A stretch of DNA of 63,307 nucleotides, counting the filler, from Klebsormidium nitens (taxonomy: Eukaryota > Plantae > Klebsormidiophyceae), in NCBI GenBank assembly GCA_000708835.1. It is 5 parts of 5 records of this genome, joined end to end, with 100 filler letters (N's around TTAATTAATTAA, not from the genome) between each part and the next. Parts side by side here need not be neighbours in the genome. Positions count along the whole stretch, not along the records: positions 6,805 to 27,637 come from DF237416.1; 4 more parts are not named here. One strand, written 5' to 3'. Under the pieces are notes generated by a model. It made no database searches. It was not told the DNA's origin and worked only from the letters and a program-made list of their open reading frames with translations. Position numbers and translations under genes: made by a program. Below, in pieces: positions 10,201-22,874 of the stretch (position 1 is the first letter of the stretch; every line of letters starts with the position of its first letter).

Positions 10201-12419
10201 ACAAGTGCCCCTTCACACGTCCCAGGTGAGCGGGTCGGCCCGCGTGATGGGCGCGCTGTTCGAGGCGCTCCAGTTGGGCTTCGGCATGGAGACGGCGCAG
10301 GGCCTCGTCTGGTGGGCACCACGTGTCAAGCGCGCGTGCAACGCGGCCACGCAACCCGTCTGGCTGCAGCTTATCCTGTGAGGCCAAATTTGGTACTTCT
10401 CAGCCGTCCGAACCATCAAACGTTTCGCTTTGTGCGTCCCTATGCTTGTGAGGTGGGGACGAATGTCGAGGGACGAATCGTTTGTGATGCAAGGTTCTGA
10501 CATGAAGCGGGGCGGATCCGTCCCATTTGACGGGAGAGGATTTCACATGCAGATTCAATCTGACGGCCGTATTGCTTCACTGAGCATCTCCCTTTGAGGC
10601 GTCCTTAGAGTCTCTGATTGCGAATTTATTGTCCGATCAATCGCGCGAATCTTGGCGTTACTTGTCCTTAACGACGAATAATCACGAATGTCCGATGTCC
10701 TTAAACAAGTCAGAAGGGTCTGCTGATTGGTCAAGCGGTGGAAAAGACTTCTGTCTTATGTACTACCGCGCCTTGAAGCACGCAGTCAGAAATTATGCTG
10801 GAGTGGCGTCCCTTTCCCTCCCATGAGCGTTATGTGGAAGGAGAATTGCAGGTCATAGGTGTTGCACCCGTCAATCTTTTGGCCGCGTCTTCATACGCAG
10901 GACAAAAGCCTCTGCCGCCAGCCGTTGCTGACCGCCCTCTCCTTCGTCACCCTCACCTGGTCACGTCACACCCCTCACGCCCCCGAATTAAAGTCTTCCT
11001 TCGTCCGTAAAAGCGCTTTAGACTCGTTTTCTCAGAAGCCCACACTTACCCTTCTGCTGATACTGAACTCGGCCCGTCTCCCTTCTTCCCTGGACTCATC
11101 TATCGTGTGGAACGCACCAGTTTCCGTTTCCTGCACACACCTTCCGGTCTCCTCCTGTCGTTCGACTCGTCCCGCTACCCGCTTCCGTTCCGCCGGTTCG
11201 TGCTGTGCTCCGTCGCGGCTCAACGCACCACCACTTCCGTTCCTATCACACTTTTCTCTCACACCTCATTTCCGCTCCTTCCGCTCACAACGTTCCGCTC
11301 CCCCCTTCCGATTCCGCAGGTTCCTGCTGTATTCCGTTGCGTCCAACGCGCTGCTCCAGGCGCGGTGGGACCAGTGGCCCGGCATGATCCTGACCAGCGC
11401 CGTCGGCTTCTTCGTCTCGACCGCCGCGTCCGCCGTGTTTGCCGCCAACGTGCTGGCGTCCGTTGCGATCGGGCTGACGGGAACCCTCTACTCGCGCTAC
11501 TCCGGCCACCTGCCAGTGACCATGGTGGGCCCTAATGTTCTCGCCCTGGTGCTTTTTACTTGGTATCGTTACGTGTTTGGAAAAAAGATGCTTTCATGGG
11601 TGTCTCAGATTCGCAGCGTTCGAACGACTACATCAGGTCCGACTGTGAATTCTGACGTCCGCTTGTGATTCGATGGTCGTAGGTCCACAAGCGCCCCACC
11701 GTAAGCTTTCAGTGCCGTCCTGTCAAAACCTTAGGTGCTGACTTTGTTGCCAGCAATCACTTCCCATTCCGGCTGAAGTGCCCCTCGGAATCATTAGCAG
11801 AGGCTGCACATCAAGCAGCCCCAGGAAAGCCTACTACCCCAATCGTCCTTCCTCCATACGCTTGTCAGGTAAGCGCTCCTGAGATCATTGGATAGACGCT
11901 CTGTTCGACCCCCTTGGAACCTTCCTGCTAGTCAATTCTGGCGAGACCCGCCTACAAAGGACTCACGTAAAATCAAAGCTGGGTATCCGGAGACCCTCTA
12001 CGGCAAGTCGGCCTTGGTAGTTAAACCCGCAATTGTTCAAGCCTTTGCATCGACAACTCACCAAGAACCAAGGAACACCCGCTACTACCCCTCCGGAACG
12101 TCACTACATTCCCCCCAAAAAGCCGCTGTCCCTGCAGACCCTATCCGGCATCCTGATCCTAGTCCCGGGCGGGTTAGGCGTGCGGGGGAGCGCCGCGTTG
12201 TTGGAGCACGACCTGCTGAGCGGGGTGGGGTTCACCATGGACATGCTGGTCGTCAGTCTCAGCATAACCCTGGGTCTGCTCATCGCCAAGATCGTCCTGC
12301 CTTCCGGGTTCTTCGGCTCCAGCCGTCTGCCCCACGAGGACCAGATGTCTCTAGCGGCGCAGATGGAGGACGACCGGGACGAGGGGACGGAGGGGGACGA
12401 GGAGGACATGGCGATATGA
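7215..12419 (+). CDS. Threonine/serine exporter family (ThrE/ThrE_2, Prm10-like) multi-pass membrane protein, 7 exons
   Basis: Approximate exons: 7215-7462 (FLKRLAIALHAYGNSST), 7886-8106 (RTEYLVEKASRQL..VFPTVILLSF), 8472-8587 (LRAIATAPPQFG..AVLFFNG), 9441-9706 (LGSLVWLLPGLSLTVGVSEL), 10227-10376 (VSGSARVMGA), 11320-11523, 12139-12419 (SGILILVPGGLGVRG). GT-AG junctions keep the frame. Confidence 0.85.
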
Positions 12420-13907
12420 GGACACGTGTACGGCTGAGATGACGAGTGTGAGGACAACGATTGCAGAGCGAGATCAAGAGCGATTGCGGCAAGCGCTGCG
12501 GCTTGCTGTGTTTGTTTTGATAGGAACAGAACTGGACAGCCTGTAACATGCGGGTCAAACCGACGCGATAGATTAGGCTGAAAGCAAAGCTTTCCGAGTT
12601 GACGGTGAGAGTTAGTCCAAAATTGGGCGCATGTACCATGCAATGCATTTAATCAAGCAAATAGAAGATTTCCACATGCATAGACGGCAACTTCTGCAGC
12701 AGCTTAGTGTCGATTAGAAGCATTGGAAGAGCCGTAATGATAGACCATTATAGCAACGGGTTAACCTCCCAGCGAGATCGGAAGTAGGCGACTCATCAAT
12801 GCGGCTCAACAGCACAGCGTTCATGAGTTGAACCAGAGTCCCCGTGTAATTTAGGCATAGACGTCTTAGCTTCACCGCATGTATGATTCTTCAAAGCAGA
12901 TGAGTAGCAGCATATCAAAGCGGATTAGGTGAGTGAGAGTTCCTTTAGAAAGTCCTTAACCTGAAACTTGAGCCTGAGTGCGGACCGACGGTCATGTCTG
13001 TGATCATTCGACTCCGATCTGCATGAACATGATCCGGTATGTTCGGATTTACCAATCATTGCATGTCAGATGCATGAATCGCGGACACAACCGTCGATCT
13101 ACTTTTCAAATGCTGCAATGCATGCAGCGCCGCCGCATGCATTAACCGCACATGCATGATCCGCGCGGCACCATCCGACGCGAGCTAGACCGTCAGAAGA
13201 TATTGCTCCGAAAACAAAGTTAATTCACGCGTGACTGTCTCTGGACATCTTTCTGGTTCGCTTCTTAATGACGTGATTGTGTAATCTTCAAAACCCCGGG
13301 GTAATGCAACATAATATATGATCGATAACCCTAGCTGAGTCCAACAATTAAGCATGTTGAATGGCGAAACATATACTGCATGGAAATGCACTTAAGCCTA
13401 GTATCTCGAGCTCGAACGAAACGTGGGCAATCCCGCTAAAGGCCGATCAATACGTGAGTCTGCAAGCAAGCTATTCGCACTATTCTGATTTATCCAAAAC
13501 AAAGAAGCACCAAACACGTCTGTTTCCAATTCAAACTACACAAATTCAAGCGGACGCGAATGCGCAGCTTTCTACTTAGTCCGTCTATGATAAACTATAG
13601 GGTTCGAGTACGCAACTATTCGTTATCTAGGGAATCTTGCAAAATTGGCTGATTCTACCGCACTCACCCGGCGACTAGCTCGCAATGTACATTGAATGTC
13701 GCCTCGCTTCCCCGATTCAGGGACGCACTAATCTTCTCATACAATCTGTGTCGGTCTTCCCACACGTACCAATCTAGGGCAATCAAATTCCGCATCTTTC
13801 TACCTCTCTGCACCTTTTAACCTTAAGAACATCGACGACAACCCGCAGCGCCGTCAATGGCGGCCGTCCGAACACACACTTTCCGGCGGCTCCGACTGTG
13901 CGTGACG

Positions 13908-16900
13908 TCACCGAGCGGCGCCGATGACGTACCGCCCTTGCAGCTGTTCGAACATGTCGATCGTCATGCTCTGCGAAAGAGACCGTGTCCTGTCAGAACT
14001 CAGCAAGACTGAGCTACAACTGGACTCGCAAAGGGCCGATGCCTTTCCTCCGCATACGGCTGAGCTCAAAGCGGTTGGATCGGTTGGCAAACTTGCCGCG
14101 AGAAAGATTAACCACTGCACGTCCTGCCATTCGCTCATCCAACTTGCCGGCAACAAGCTTCACCCTGTTGCCTCGCCTATCAACCAAGGGGAAGGACATC
14201 AACTTGGAAGACCCCAAGCCCATTCAACTCAATTGGCACAGCGTAGAATAAGTGGGCACTACCACCGGCCAGCGCGCGGCTGCGGCACTCACGTCGATGT
14301 CATACTTGTTTTGCCAACCCCAATCCTTCCGTGCCAGCGAGTCGTCGATCGTGCGCGGCCATGTCGTCGCAATCGCCTGCATCATGAAGATGACCGGACG
14401 GTTGGAAGCAGCATCTTCGAGCATTTCGAACTAGTTGCGCTGTTGAAACTCTCGAGTAACGGATGTCCATGACGTGCGTTGCCCTAGCAATTCTTCACCC
14501 CTCGGGTAAGGATGACCAGGTAAAGCATTCGCCCTCTCAGAGCTTAGAAACGAGGTCCAAAGCTTGACCAAGGCGTTCCACTAGTGAATACGGGGCGCTG
14601 CAAACCGACGGGGGCCGTTGAAACCAGCCTGCAGTCACGAGCCACTCGTTCTCGTTCTCGTTCTCAGGCCCCCTGTTCGTTCTCTTCATTAATGTCAAAA
14701 GCACCCAAGGTGACGGCTTCGCTATTTCTAGGACCTGGTCCTCTGATCTCGATATCAACTCGGGATTTGCAGTGCCGCGTTCTAGAGGCGTGCTAGAGGG
14801 TACGCGGCTGATTTCACACCTGTCGAAAGTCGGGCTCGTAGACGATGCGGAAGTCGGGGCGCCGCTTGCGGATGGCGGCCGCGAGGTCGCTCGGCGTGAA
14901 GCTCATGCCGGTCACGTTGTACACGGCCTGCGGGGGTTTGGAGGTTTGGACGTTTGGAGATCCTGCTGTTTGCAGCGCTCGAATTTCGACAGATGAGATG
15001 AAAGGAAGAAGGGCGCTTCCGAGCACGTAGCATGCGGTCAACTGCAGTCTTTCTCCTTCGCCCCACGAACTCTGAATGACCTTTTATATGAGATCGATCT
15101 CCGGTCCCGCCTTTTGTGCCTTCGAGGTTTTTTGGGGGGGGAAGGATAAATAAAGCATCCTGTGTCAATCTCACAGACGATTACAGGCTGTCTGGGCTTC
15201 AGATAATTGCTTTCGATACATTCAAGGGAGGCTTTCGCCCCCTTACTTCGGAGTCTTAATCGTGTTCGCTTAGTGCCTCACCTGCGTCAACTTCTCTCGA
15301 GGCGCCATCATCAAGTTGACCGTTGCCTGCAGGGGAGTAGAATCGACTAGATTACGAAAAAGCAATCCGGTCCGCGAAGGAAAGCTCCCCAAGGTCAACA
15401 GGGCCTTGAGATGGATATCTCAAAGATTCTGTCAAAAGCGAAAGTAAGACTCTGGAACTTGTGGCAGATGACGCCTTTTCCTTTGTCTTCCATGTTTTCC
15501 TGATCCTCTCCCATGTCAGCAGTCTTCAATACTGGCCTCGCATTCTCTCCGCTATGTCCCGTGCTCGTTGAACAACCTTCGGATGCTTTCCCGGCTCACC
15601 TCGAGGCAGTCAGGCATGTACATCATGGGCAGCACCTGCTTCTCGTCCTGCAAACGGAGAAGGAAAAACCTCTTCAAGAAACTCGTTGAACATGACGATT
15701 TGGGACATGGCGAGTTATAACGACTAATTTACTTCCATTATGAGGTCAGACCGCGCGACTCTGCTTTTACCATACTACCAACATCCCAATTTGCCTTTCC
15801 TAAAATGACGGCCAGACCGGGCTTGAGAGGCCGGTGACCCATCCCGTCTCATTGTGGGCACGCTATCACCAGACGAGACAGCGGCTCCAAAAGCAATCCC
15901 ATGAAAGAAGGCAAAAGCCAACACGCAGTAAAAGCGGCTTAAGAAGACAAATAGAAAGAGAAAGTCGTGGAGCGGCTCACCAGGAAGCACCGGTATGTAC
16001 CGTGCCTGAGCGCGTCGTGAAAGATCTCGACTGCATAATCGGTCGTTCCCCCGCCCTGCGAAAAAACAGAATGTGAGAATCTTGAAGTGCTCATAAGGTA
16101 AGGGTGAGATATGTCTGCCCTGCATGTCGAACTAGAGCAGCCCCCCGAACGGCTGCCTCTCGCGCGATACGGTTGGGCAGAGCTGCGTTGGCTCGTACTT
16201 CCACATTGAACACGAAATTGCTTCTCGCCCGTTCCAAAACAACGACTTCAAATCCGGTAAGCACTCAGCCCGTCCACTTTATCTCTTCGAATCACAGTCA
16301 CCTTCGCAAAACCTTCGCAACAAGTGTCTCGTAGGGCTCTAAGGCACCCAACTCTCACACTTCAGACGCATGCACCCGCTCGCAAAGAATCGCAGAAACA
16401 TGCCCACGCCCCACCGCCCGCCATACTCACCGGCATGGCTTTCGAGGAGATGACACCCGGATAGCGTATGGACCGGAAGTCGACCCCGTATACCCGGGCG
16501 TAATACTTGCCCAGCAACTCCAGGTGGACCTGCTCTAGGAGCGCCACGTGTCAGCGATCCCAGCGACCCAAAAGAGCTCAATGAAGCTGTTTCCATCTGA
16601 ACGGATCAAAGGTCAAGCGAATCGGTACAGTGATTCGTGCAACCATCGCCCATGCTCGAGCTAGTCCTGGCGTTTCGGTTCTTCGGTTCCACGGGTTATC
16701 ATGGTCCTTCCGCTGAGAGTGTTTCCGCATTGTCCACCTCCGCTGCTTCCGAAGGCCTGTTCCGCTCTTTCGATGTCCTCTCTTTCGGAAGCATTCTCGA
16801 TCTTCCATCCGAAAGCATTTCGAAGAGGTTCTTCCGTAGTTGCCAGCAGGGCCCCTTCGTTCTTGCTGTTCAAGACGCACTCCGGATCTTCCATCAGGAG

Positions 16901-18882
16901 CATTTTGAACACATTCATCCGTAATTGTCCGCAATATCTCCAGATCGGCCCCGCTCACTTTGGTGATCCCGTACATGGTGGTCGGCTCCATGACGGTCGT
17001 GTTGGGCGTCAAGTCCCGCGGCGTAGACGGCCCAAATACCGCGATCGTGCTCGGCGCAAACACCTGGAGCGAGTGCAGCCGCGCCAGCTCCAATACGTTC
17101 TGCGAGCACCATCAACCGGGGAAGCTTCACTCTTCAGTGAAGTGAAGAAATGTTTGTCGACTGCGGGGTTATGAAAAGGAGGAGTGTGGCTCGGATACAA
17201 TATGCATATGTGCAGGCAGCTGAGGAGCCCAAAGTTTTTCGAAGCAAAGGGTCGCATGTGCAACAAGGTATTGCTGCAGCGATCTGCAATGAGGTTTGAA
17301 AGTTTGAACTTTGGGGTTCGGGATGCGAGAGAAGATTCGGACGTTGAAGACAATAGTGATCGACTTGGACTGCACCAGTACCTGTATCCCGTTTGTGTTG
17401 ATCTTGAGCGCCAATTGAGGGTTCCGTTCACCAATGGCTGCGAAACGCACAAAAATCAACGTCCGCCTGTCAGTCAATTGGTGTCCTTCGTGTAGCAACG
17501 CCTCCAAAACGAGCTGCGCATTTTCGAGTATTTGAACGGAGACCACGCTTGACGAAAGCTTCTGCATCCAAGGGGGCCGTCGTGAGCGCACAAAAAGGCG
17601 TTCTTGTTAGAAACCAAAGCACAGCAGGAAAACAGATTGTAGGTAAAGATTAACGAATCGGTAACCGTAAGCTTACAACAAAGCAATGAGCAACTCTCAA
17701 AATGGGTAAGCGGGCGCTTTCACCAGACAAGAGGGACGCCAGATGCACGATGTAGTCGACCCCGTGCTCGAGGACGATGCGCGCCAGGCTGTCCGAATCC
17801 TGGACGTCCGCATATACAAACGGGCCCGCGTCAACAAACTCCCGCGAGCTGGTCTTGATGTCGGACGCAATGACCTCATCCCCACCAAACCTGCGCACGA
17901 AGGGTCTCTGTAAACTGGGGGCAAATATATGGCAAAAACGGCTAAGGTTTGTTCAGCTGGACCAGCCTGGAGGGAATCACAGAAAGCTGGTCGAGAGCAG
18001 CAGAAGGTAGGGGATTTGGGTTAAGGAACAAGAATTTTGTGGAGGGCTTGGGAGCTGCCAGTACTTACAAATCACTGCAAGTCCTCGCTCCACTCTTTTG
18101 AGAGTGATGCTTCCGTTGCTGATGATTGTATGCTGCTCAGATGATGGGTGGTCAAAATATCCGTCGATCTTTACTCAATTCTCAGCCCCTGTCGGACCGG
18201 GTCGAAGATCACAACTGCCTCAAAGAACATCTGCGAAGGACCTCATTGCATCAGCCATAGCTCAAACTACCTTAAGGATGTGAAATGAACTCTCTTTTTT
18301 CTTGGTGACTGAGCCAGAGCCTTTCAGAAAGGCGCCTGAGGGTCACTATGTGTGATCAGCAATCAAAGACTACGCGGGACGAGCGCTGACCTCGCTCGCA
18401 GGAACGGCACCAGCTCCATTCCGACCTGGCCGCACGCGCCGGTGACCAGAAACCTCGGGGGTCGAGGAGCCCCAGGCAAAGCGCCCGTGCGCATATAACT
18501 GCATCAGAAAAGCAGCTCATGATATGCAAACTTCATGTCCGATTCTGACGAGGCAGCTGCCACCTCAGCTTCTCAAAGGGCAGTCTCTTGATCAAGAAGC
18601 GGTCATGTTGAGCTGATTCTCAGTGCTGCTCAGATCTCAAGTCGTTGCTGGAACTGGGATGTTTTGGCAGCTGGCCAAGCAGAGCAGTGAAGCGATCAGA
18701 CTGTATTGCAATGTGGAAGTTTTGCAGAGCTCATACCCGCCTCCCCCGGGCCTTTTCTTCCTGCCTGTCCCGTGTATCTCGCGCAGTTGTTGCAGACCGG
18801 CTGGCCAGGCTGGGCTGCACGGCCGAGCCAGGCCCAGCTGACTGCGACTCAGCAGCTTCGAAAGGAGGCCCCGAGCAGCCAT
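13908..18882 (-). CDS. TDH: L-threonine 3-dehydrogenase (extended SDR type) with mitochondrial-like presequence, ~10 exons
   Basis: Exons encode [81 protein letters not shown] (YxxxK), [69 protein letters not shown]. This follows the SDR-type TDH motif order. Confidence 0.92.
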
Positions 18883-18888
18883 AGCTCC

Positions 18889-19538
18889 AAACCCTAATTC
18901 AGCGTCAGTCTAGGCTTTGAGCCCGCGCAGCACCTGCAATAAGACCTCCCAAGATTGGCAGACCTGGACATTGACTGCGGCTGACGTACGGTAGTCAAGG
19001 GGCTGGAGCAGCGACCTCAAAATTGCTCTTAAGAACGGGCTTCTTGTAGGATTGGCAGCAATCGAAGTACCCACTCAAAGCTCAAACCGCTCTGAACCTT
19101 GACTGCACAGAACGGGAAGCCCTGCAAGTGTGGCACGAAAGGCATGGGCATTGATTGAAATGGACGCTGCTGCCGTTGCAGGACTTGAAGAGGTGGACAC
19201 AACTGAAGCCCAGAACCATTTGGCATTTGATTTTGCCTTATCCAAAATTTCAATCAGTGCTGCCTTCTAAAACATATTCGAGCAATAAATTTCCGCCTTT
19301 CTGGAGCTTTTATGAAACCGTACGACCACGTACGACCCTCTTTTCGCAGCTGGCAAGGCGAATTGGTGAAACTGGCTAATCGAAGTCACTTCTGCAGTGT
19401 CCCCGCGTCGTATCTTCGACAATAAAGTTGATGGGTTCCAGAAAACCCCCTAACCCAATTCCTGTTGTGTACATCTGCTATGATAATTTTAATGGTAATT
19501 TGAAGTGGCGCTGATGAGAGGTTCGACTTTTAGGGTTT
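18889..19538. promoter_or_regulatory. Divergent promoter region between TDH and the F-box gene with two telo-boxes (AAACCCTA 18889-18896; TAGGGTTT 19531-19538)
   Basis: Head-to-head ATGs at 18882 (-) and 19770 (+); one exact telo-box near each gene. Confidence 0.4.
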
Positions 19539-19769
19539 GAACTTTCGAGCGCGCGCGACCTCGAGCGCGGGCCTGCATGAGCTAGCGATGGTTCAGTTAA
19601 CCCCATATGCAGGTTAGCGGAAAACTCTCCTGGAATCCAAAACTTTCATGCTTGCACAACAGTCAATGACAACACACACAATGCATGGCCGGATCGAACC
19701 TATTCATATCCAGGGCTAATAAGCGGCGGCTCTGCAGCTGTGCACCACTGCAAGAAAAGGCTGGCCAGC

Positions 19770-21877
19770 ATGAAGCTCCGCTTGCGTCATTATCAGGGCG
19801 GTCCCACCCAGCGCCTGGACGTCGAGAGTGATTGCACCTTGCGCTCCCTGAGGGCCGTTGTGGCATCTTTAACCGGGCAAAGCCTTGAGACGGTGCGCAT
19901 CTCGCTCAACAAGGTGGATGAGCTGGACGGACCTGGGAACCTTCTCGTCAGCAGCCTGGGCGTGTGCGGAGGAGACCTCTTGTATCTGCTCGATCCCAGG
20001 AGGCCCAATCAGGTGCAAGCATTGGCAAGCTCCGAGGCGGGTAGAAATGATGTAAGCCAGGCGTCGGCCGCTGCTCCTGTAGCAAATGACCGTAGCAGAG
20101 GGCTGCAGGCGGCATCTTCAACCGGGACCAGCGAGCCTGGAACAAGGACGGAAAGAAACGGTGTCGGGAAAGTGGATGTTGCGCAAGAGAGGCGAGAGCG
20201 GTGCGCCGCGGCCGCGGCAAAGAGGGTTGCGGGCCTGGCGGGAGACGGACCTGCGGATGCTCTTCCCCTTCCTCTTAAAGCCCCAGCAATGAATCCAACA
20301 TCGATGGAAATCGATAATGCTACACCTGGGGCCACTGCAGAGCCCCCTGCCTCCGAAAACAGTGAACAAAGCTCGATCAGCACCGCTCCTCCTGTCCTCC
20401 AAGAAGTGGTCTCAACGTCCGCTTGGGCAGTGCACTCTGCGCACGACCTCCTGATTCTGGCCCTTCACGCTGTCATGCTCGAAACCGGATTCAGCTTGGT
20501 TCCAATCGGCGCACCTCTGGAGCAATGCTGGGAGCGGGTGGGGGGCCGGACAATTCTTCGCTACACGCTCGCAAACCGGGACGCAAACCCTACTCTGACC
20601 GCTATCTTGCGGAGCCAGCAACTAGGCGCGAACCTGCTGGTGTACGGGACCTACGACGGGGACGCTGGGGGCGCTGTATACCGCCTGAACCTAGCCCTCT
20701 CAGCGCAACTCCGGCCATTCCCCCCAGCAGGGGAGAGAAGCACCGCGGAGCTGCTCGCCCTCTTCAAAAACGCGCGGCAGCTGTTTGTCGAGGCCAAAGA
20801 TGGGCTCTCGGTGCCGCTTCTGAGCCTCCTGTGCCAGCGCGCGGGCGTGTCACCGCCGGCTTCGCTCATCCTCCTCCCCTTTGATGCCAAGAACAACATC
20901 CTCGCAAAACTCTCGGCGCGCGACCTGGCGGCCGTCGCGGTGACCTGTTCGGAGCTTCGGGAGGCGGCGTCGGGCGACGACTTCTGGAGGGCCCTCTTTC
21001 AGAGGGAGTTTCCAAACGAGCGGCCTGCCGTGCGGGCAGGGATGTGGAAGGAGGCATTCCGCATGGCCTGGGTGGACCGCAAGCTGCAGCGCGAGAGGCG
21101 GCTGGAGTACGAGCGGCAGCTGCACGTGGGACGCAGGGAGTGGCGCGGTTTTCGCTACCAGCCCCCTGGGATGGTTGGTGAGTTCCGCCGTTGCAGTATT
21201 GAATGTCATTGTTCTTGGAAAATTTTGTGTTCCTATGGGGGCTTAACAAAGGTAACTGTGTATTGGTTTGTCTTTGAGACCTTGTTTGCTCCATCACGTC
21301 TCTGGCTTTTCGACTGTTGAACATAGACTTGGATGCTGACCTTGCCTTGACACTGGCTTCCTGAAGCAGGTCAGGTCGAACCATTCCGTGCTGCGACAAA
21401 TGATGCAGCCGTATCCAGCAACGGATCTGCATTTAGCTGTACCCACCAACTGCTTTGCATCTATTATAGACGTCATTACATCACTCAATCAGCATAACAT
21501 GGCTTTTCCTTAGCATAACATGGCTTTTCCTTACAGGAGGCGACTATGATCGGTTTCCCTTTGGTGGAGGTGCCGGCGTTCCCCCCGGAGGTTTCCCTGG
21601 GGGCTTAGGGGGCGGTCCGTTTGGCATCCCACAAGGAGGAGCCTTTCCGGGTGGCCATCTTGACGGAGGGTTTAGCCCCAGCTTAGGGCCGGATGCACTA
21701 GACTGGCCCCACGGAGGCCGAGCACGATTTGAAGCGGGGTTGGGACCGCAGGGGGGCGTCGGCATGCCTGGGATTCCGGGAAGTAACCTGCCCGGGTTCG
21801 GACCTGGCTTAAGAGGGGGGCCGCCCCGGGGCGGAAGACCGGGAAGAGGTGGCTTCTCCGGTTCGTCGATCATCTGA
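19770..21877 (+). CDS. F-box protein of FBXO7/SKIP22 type (ubiquitin-like, PI31/FP, F-box, Gly/Pro-rich tail), 2 exons
   Basis: Ubl-like MKLRLR..ISLNK..LSSLGVCGGDLLYL; FP domain HDLLILALHAVMLETGF; F-box LILLPFDAKNNILAKLSARDLAAVAVTCSELR..DDFWR. Intron 21178-21536 joins in frame to GGDYDRFP; stop TGA 21875-21877. Confidence 0.85.
21491..21532 (+). repeat. Perfect 21-bp tandem duplication at the 3' end of the F-box intron
   Basis: AGCATAACATGGCTTTTCCTT twice, followed by ACAG|GAGG. Confidence 0.95.
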
Positions 21878-22874
21878 GTATCGTGATAGTTTTGTACATA
21901 CAAGGGCAATCTGCAAGTCTGTAAATAGAAGGATGATACTTGAGAGCAAGTACGTAGAGTCCTTGTCATAAATCTCCGAGATCGATCTGCTCGGCTTTCA
22001 TGACATTGCTGACATTCGTAGGTGCAATGAAACCATGTCGGATTCGTGGTTAAAAGGTGCCAACCGACATATCAATGGTTGCTATCTGCACTTCATTGTA
22101 AGCCGCCATGCCAGGCAGCTGAATGCTGAGTTGTCAATTACTTGATTCTGCTGTGCATGACAGTGGCGGCCCTTACAAACGCATGCCGACTCACTCTATA
22201 TTAGATATGTCTCATGCATCATGCATGGATGCAACCATCGAGACTCGTTGGCTGGCAATCATATGTAAAAGCTGAGTTGTATGTAGTTGAGGGGCCGCCA
22301 GACGATCCATCATGCAACCCGGCTCGTGCAGGAAACACGATGCCGCAGGCCAAGTTCCTACAGACTTGTGTAGTAGCTGATGTGCCCAACACCCGAGCTG
22401 CGGTATAATGCAGACGTACACAGAAAGCGATAATCCAAGGAAAGGTACCAAGTGGTCTGGTTAGAAAAGCAGCAGCGAATTGACCCCGTCCAAGGAGAAG
22501 CTCCCAGACAGGCCCGCGTTGAACAAGTTCATGGTCTGTCTTCACAAAAGTAAGCCAGTAACCGGTCCAGTTGTAGCTAGCTCAAAAAACTAAGCAGTTG
22601 TAACCTACCCACCTTCCGAAAGCTACGAGTTTAAAATGTAAACTACCTCTCCAGCGGTTTTCCGAGCCCTGATCCGGCCCTTATTGCCCAGGCCTGTTGC
22701 TTTTCAGCACTCATGAAAGCATCATTCAGCCCGGCCTACGAACACACTGTGACGAGGCCTCCGTCGTAACGGCCCACAAACCTAGAGCGTTCTCGCTAAC
22801 CAGTACGCTGTTTGCTGATCTCTCTCTATCTGGCAATGATCCCTCAAACACAGCCTGCGCGGCGAGCAAACCCG

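Noticed and set aside
10859-11668. 269-aa ORF as a single coding unit
   Set aside because: Only 11320-11523 is a ThrE exon; the rest is pyrimidine-rich intron read-through.
12630-13160. Cluster of CATGCA (RY-like) motifs between the convergent genes
   Set aside because: It lies downstream of both genes, and similar CATG-rich tracts occur in repeat-derived regions elsewhere (e.g. ~6030-6060), so a regulatory role is unsupported.
22219-22545. 108-aa minus-strand ORF as a further exon of the LysM-FIST gene
   Set aside because: The GC3-rich coding frame ends at TGA 22875 and no convincing splice path continues beyond it.
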